Positions 63,205 through 64,000 of a DNA stretch of 64,000 nucleotides are shown one piece after another. Each line of letters opens with the position of its first letter. Position 1 is the first letter of the stretch. Source of the DNA: Acidimicrobiia bacterium (GTDB lineage Bacteria; Actinomycetota; Acidimicrobiia; Acidimicrobiales; VFJN01). Under the pieces are notes generated by a model, which made no database searches, was not told the origin of the DNA, and saw only the letters and a program-made list of their open reading frames with translations. The stretch lies in assembly GCA_046537875.1 (NCBI GenBank), contig JBKHJZ010000001.1:16253-80252 (forward strand), given 5' to 3'. Both the position numbers and the translations under genes were made by a program.

Positions 63205-63632
63205 CCGGTGAAGTTCGGGGTGGCGAGCACGGGCGGGTCGACGGTCGCCTCGGGCACGGGCTCGGGCTCGGGATCCGGCTCCGGCTCTTCCTCGCCGCCG
63301 CCGGGCTCGCCGTCGCAGTCCTCCGGCGGGTCCTCACCCTCGCACGGGTCCTCGGGCTCGCAGTCCTCCGGCGGGTCCTCGCTCTCGCAGGGATCCTCCG
63401 GCACCGGGCACGGCACGATCACGTCGTCGCACGGCTGGGGGATGCCGACCTCGTCGCCGGGGAACGTCGGGCCGGGGGCGGCGGTCGGGGACTCGACCAG
63501 TGGCCCCTCCACGATCGCCGACGCCCCGGCAGCCGCGGGGCTCACCAGGCCCATCGCCGCGACGGCGCCGACGAGCAGGATGTTCCGCAGGCTCGCACTG
63601 CGGCCGGCTCGCTGCTGCGTGTGCTGGTTCAT
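63201..63632 (-). CDS. Secreted acidic Cys/Pro/Glu/Asp-repeat protein (function unknown)
   Basis: ATG at 63632 follows AGGAGG. N-terminal signal-like LLVGAVAAMGLVSPAAAGASA. The mature part is dominated by EDPCE(S/G)EDPPEDC repeats and a PEPDPEPEP tail. Confidence 0.6.
   Translation of the reverse strand: MNQHTQQRAGRSASLRNILLVGAVAAMGLVSPAAAGASAIVEGPLVESPTAAPGPTFPGDEVGIPQPCDDVIVPCPVPEDPCESEDPPEDCEPEDPCEGEDPPEDCDGEPGGGEEEPEPDPEPEPVPEATVDPPVLATPNFTG
63313..63402. repeat. 2 x 45-bp in-frame tandem repeat inside the acidic protein gene
   Basis: 63313-63357 and 63358-63402 match at 40 of 45 positions. Each unit encodes a 15-aa EDPCExEDPPEDCxx unit. Confidence 0.8.
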
Positions 63633-63762
63633 CGGTTCCTCCTGTGGTCCACCGCCCGGGCTCTCCGGCCGGTGCCACCCGTCCTGACCGACCACCCCCA
63701 CCCCTCTTACGCGGTGCGGGGAGATTTCTTCGGCGGCGCACCGTCGGCGAGAATCGGCCACC

Positions 63763-64000
63763 GTGAAGGTGCACGAGCTCACCACGACCGACGGGTTCAT
63801 CGTCTTCGACCTCGACGCGGCCACCACGTCGGTCGGCGTGGTGCGGGCCGCACCCAAGGTCCTCCGCGACGGCGCCGTCATGCTGGCCAGGTCGGTCACG
63901 TACGCGTTCGCCTCGTTCGGGGTCGGCGGCCACGGCGGTGCATCGGCGGCGGTGAACGCGGCGCCCGACGCCCGCGACGACGCCCTCAAGGCGTTCGTGA
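63763..64000 (+). CDS. Possible Glu/Leu/Phe/Val-dehydrogenase-like protein; N-terminal fragment running off the window
   Basis: Open frame from the GTG at 63763 to the window end. LARSVTYAFASFGVGGHGGASAAV aligns loosely with the LARxMTxKxAxxxxxxGGxKxxI region of this family, but the Lys is absent. Confidence 0.35.
   Translation, partial: MKVHELTTTDGFIVFDLDAATTSVGVVRAAPKVLRDGAVMLARSVTYAFASFGVGGHGGASAAVNAAPDARDDALKAFV

Overview
This is a very GC-rich, actinobacterial-type chromosomal segment with G/C at almost every third codon position. It is almost fully coding: I call about 58 protein genes. I see no rRNA, tRNA, CRISPR array, transposase, integrase or phage gene. Many adjacent genes overlap by 4 nt or 1 nt at stop/start (ATGA, GTGA, TGATG). 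The window is one large mosaic lipid or polycyclic-lipid catabolic island split into roughly 20 short transcription units on both strands. Gene content: six AMP-dependent acyl-CoA ligases; eight acyl-CoA dehydrogenase (ACAD)-fold genes, six of them in three adjacent alpha/beta pairs; two enoyl-CoA hydratases plus one hydratase relic; one true thiolase; one thiolase-like protein that lacks the catalytic residues and carries a fused DUF35 domain; six SDRs; three PF04909-type amidohydrolases; two paralogous P450s with a single KshB/PDR-type reductase; a Baeyer-Villiger monooxygenase divergent from a Rieske oxygenase plus NTF2-like gene; an F420/LLM oxidoreductase; a TesB thioesterase; a type III CoA-transferase; a TauD-family dioxygenase; a cytoplasmic GH3 glycosidase; and four TetR regulator genes, one of them a tandem double TetR. 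The most interesting observations are: (i) a nearly invariant 18-bp operator-like motif (TTGTACCGAYCGGTC...) at four sites around one TetR gene and three neighbouring promoter regions, which suggests a compact local regulon; (ii) an ACAD10/11-type dehydrogenase translationally coupled to an APH-like kinase, the gene logic of 4-hydroxyacyl-CoA catabolism, followed by a 42-codon hydratase fossil coupled at both ends; (iii) a DUF35::Ltp2-like fusion inside an operon with a CoA-transferase, an SDR and a ligase; (iv) a single-chain double TetR flanked by two TGAC-N6-GTCA sites and by a phased array of CGGAC repeats; and (v) a secreted acidic Cys/Pro-repeat protein coupled to an L,D-transpeptidase. 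All start codons are inferred by eye from RBS, overlap and alignment logic. Functional calls rest on motifs recognised in the translations, not on database searches.
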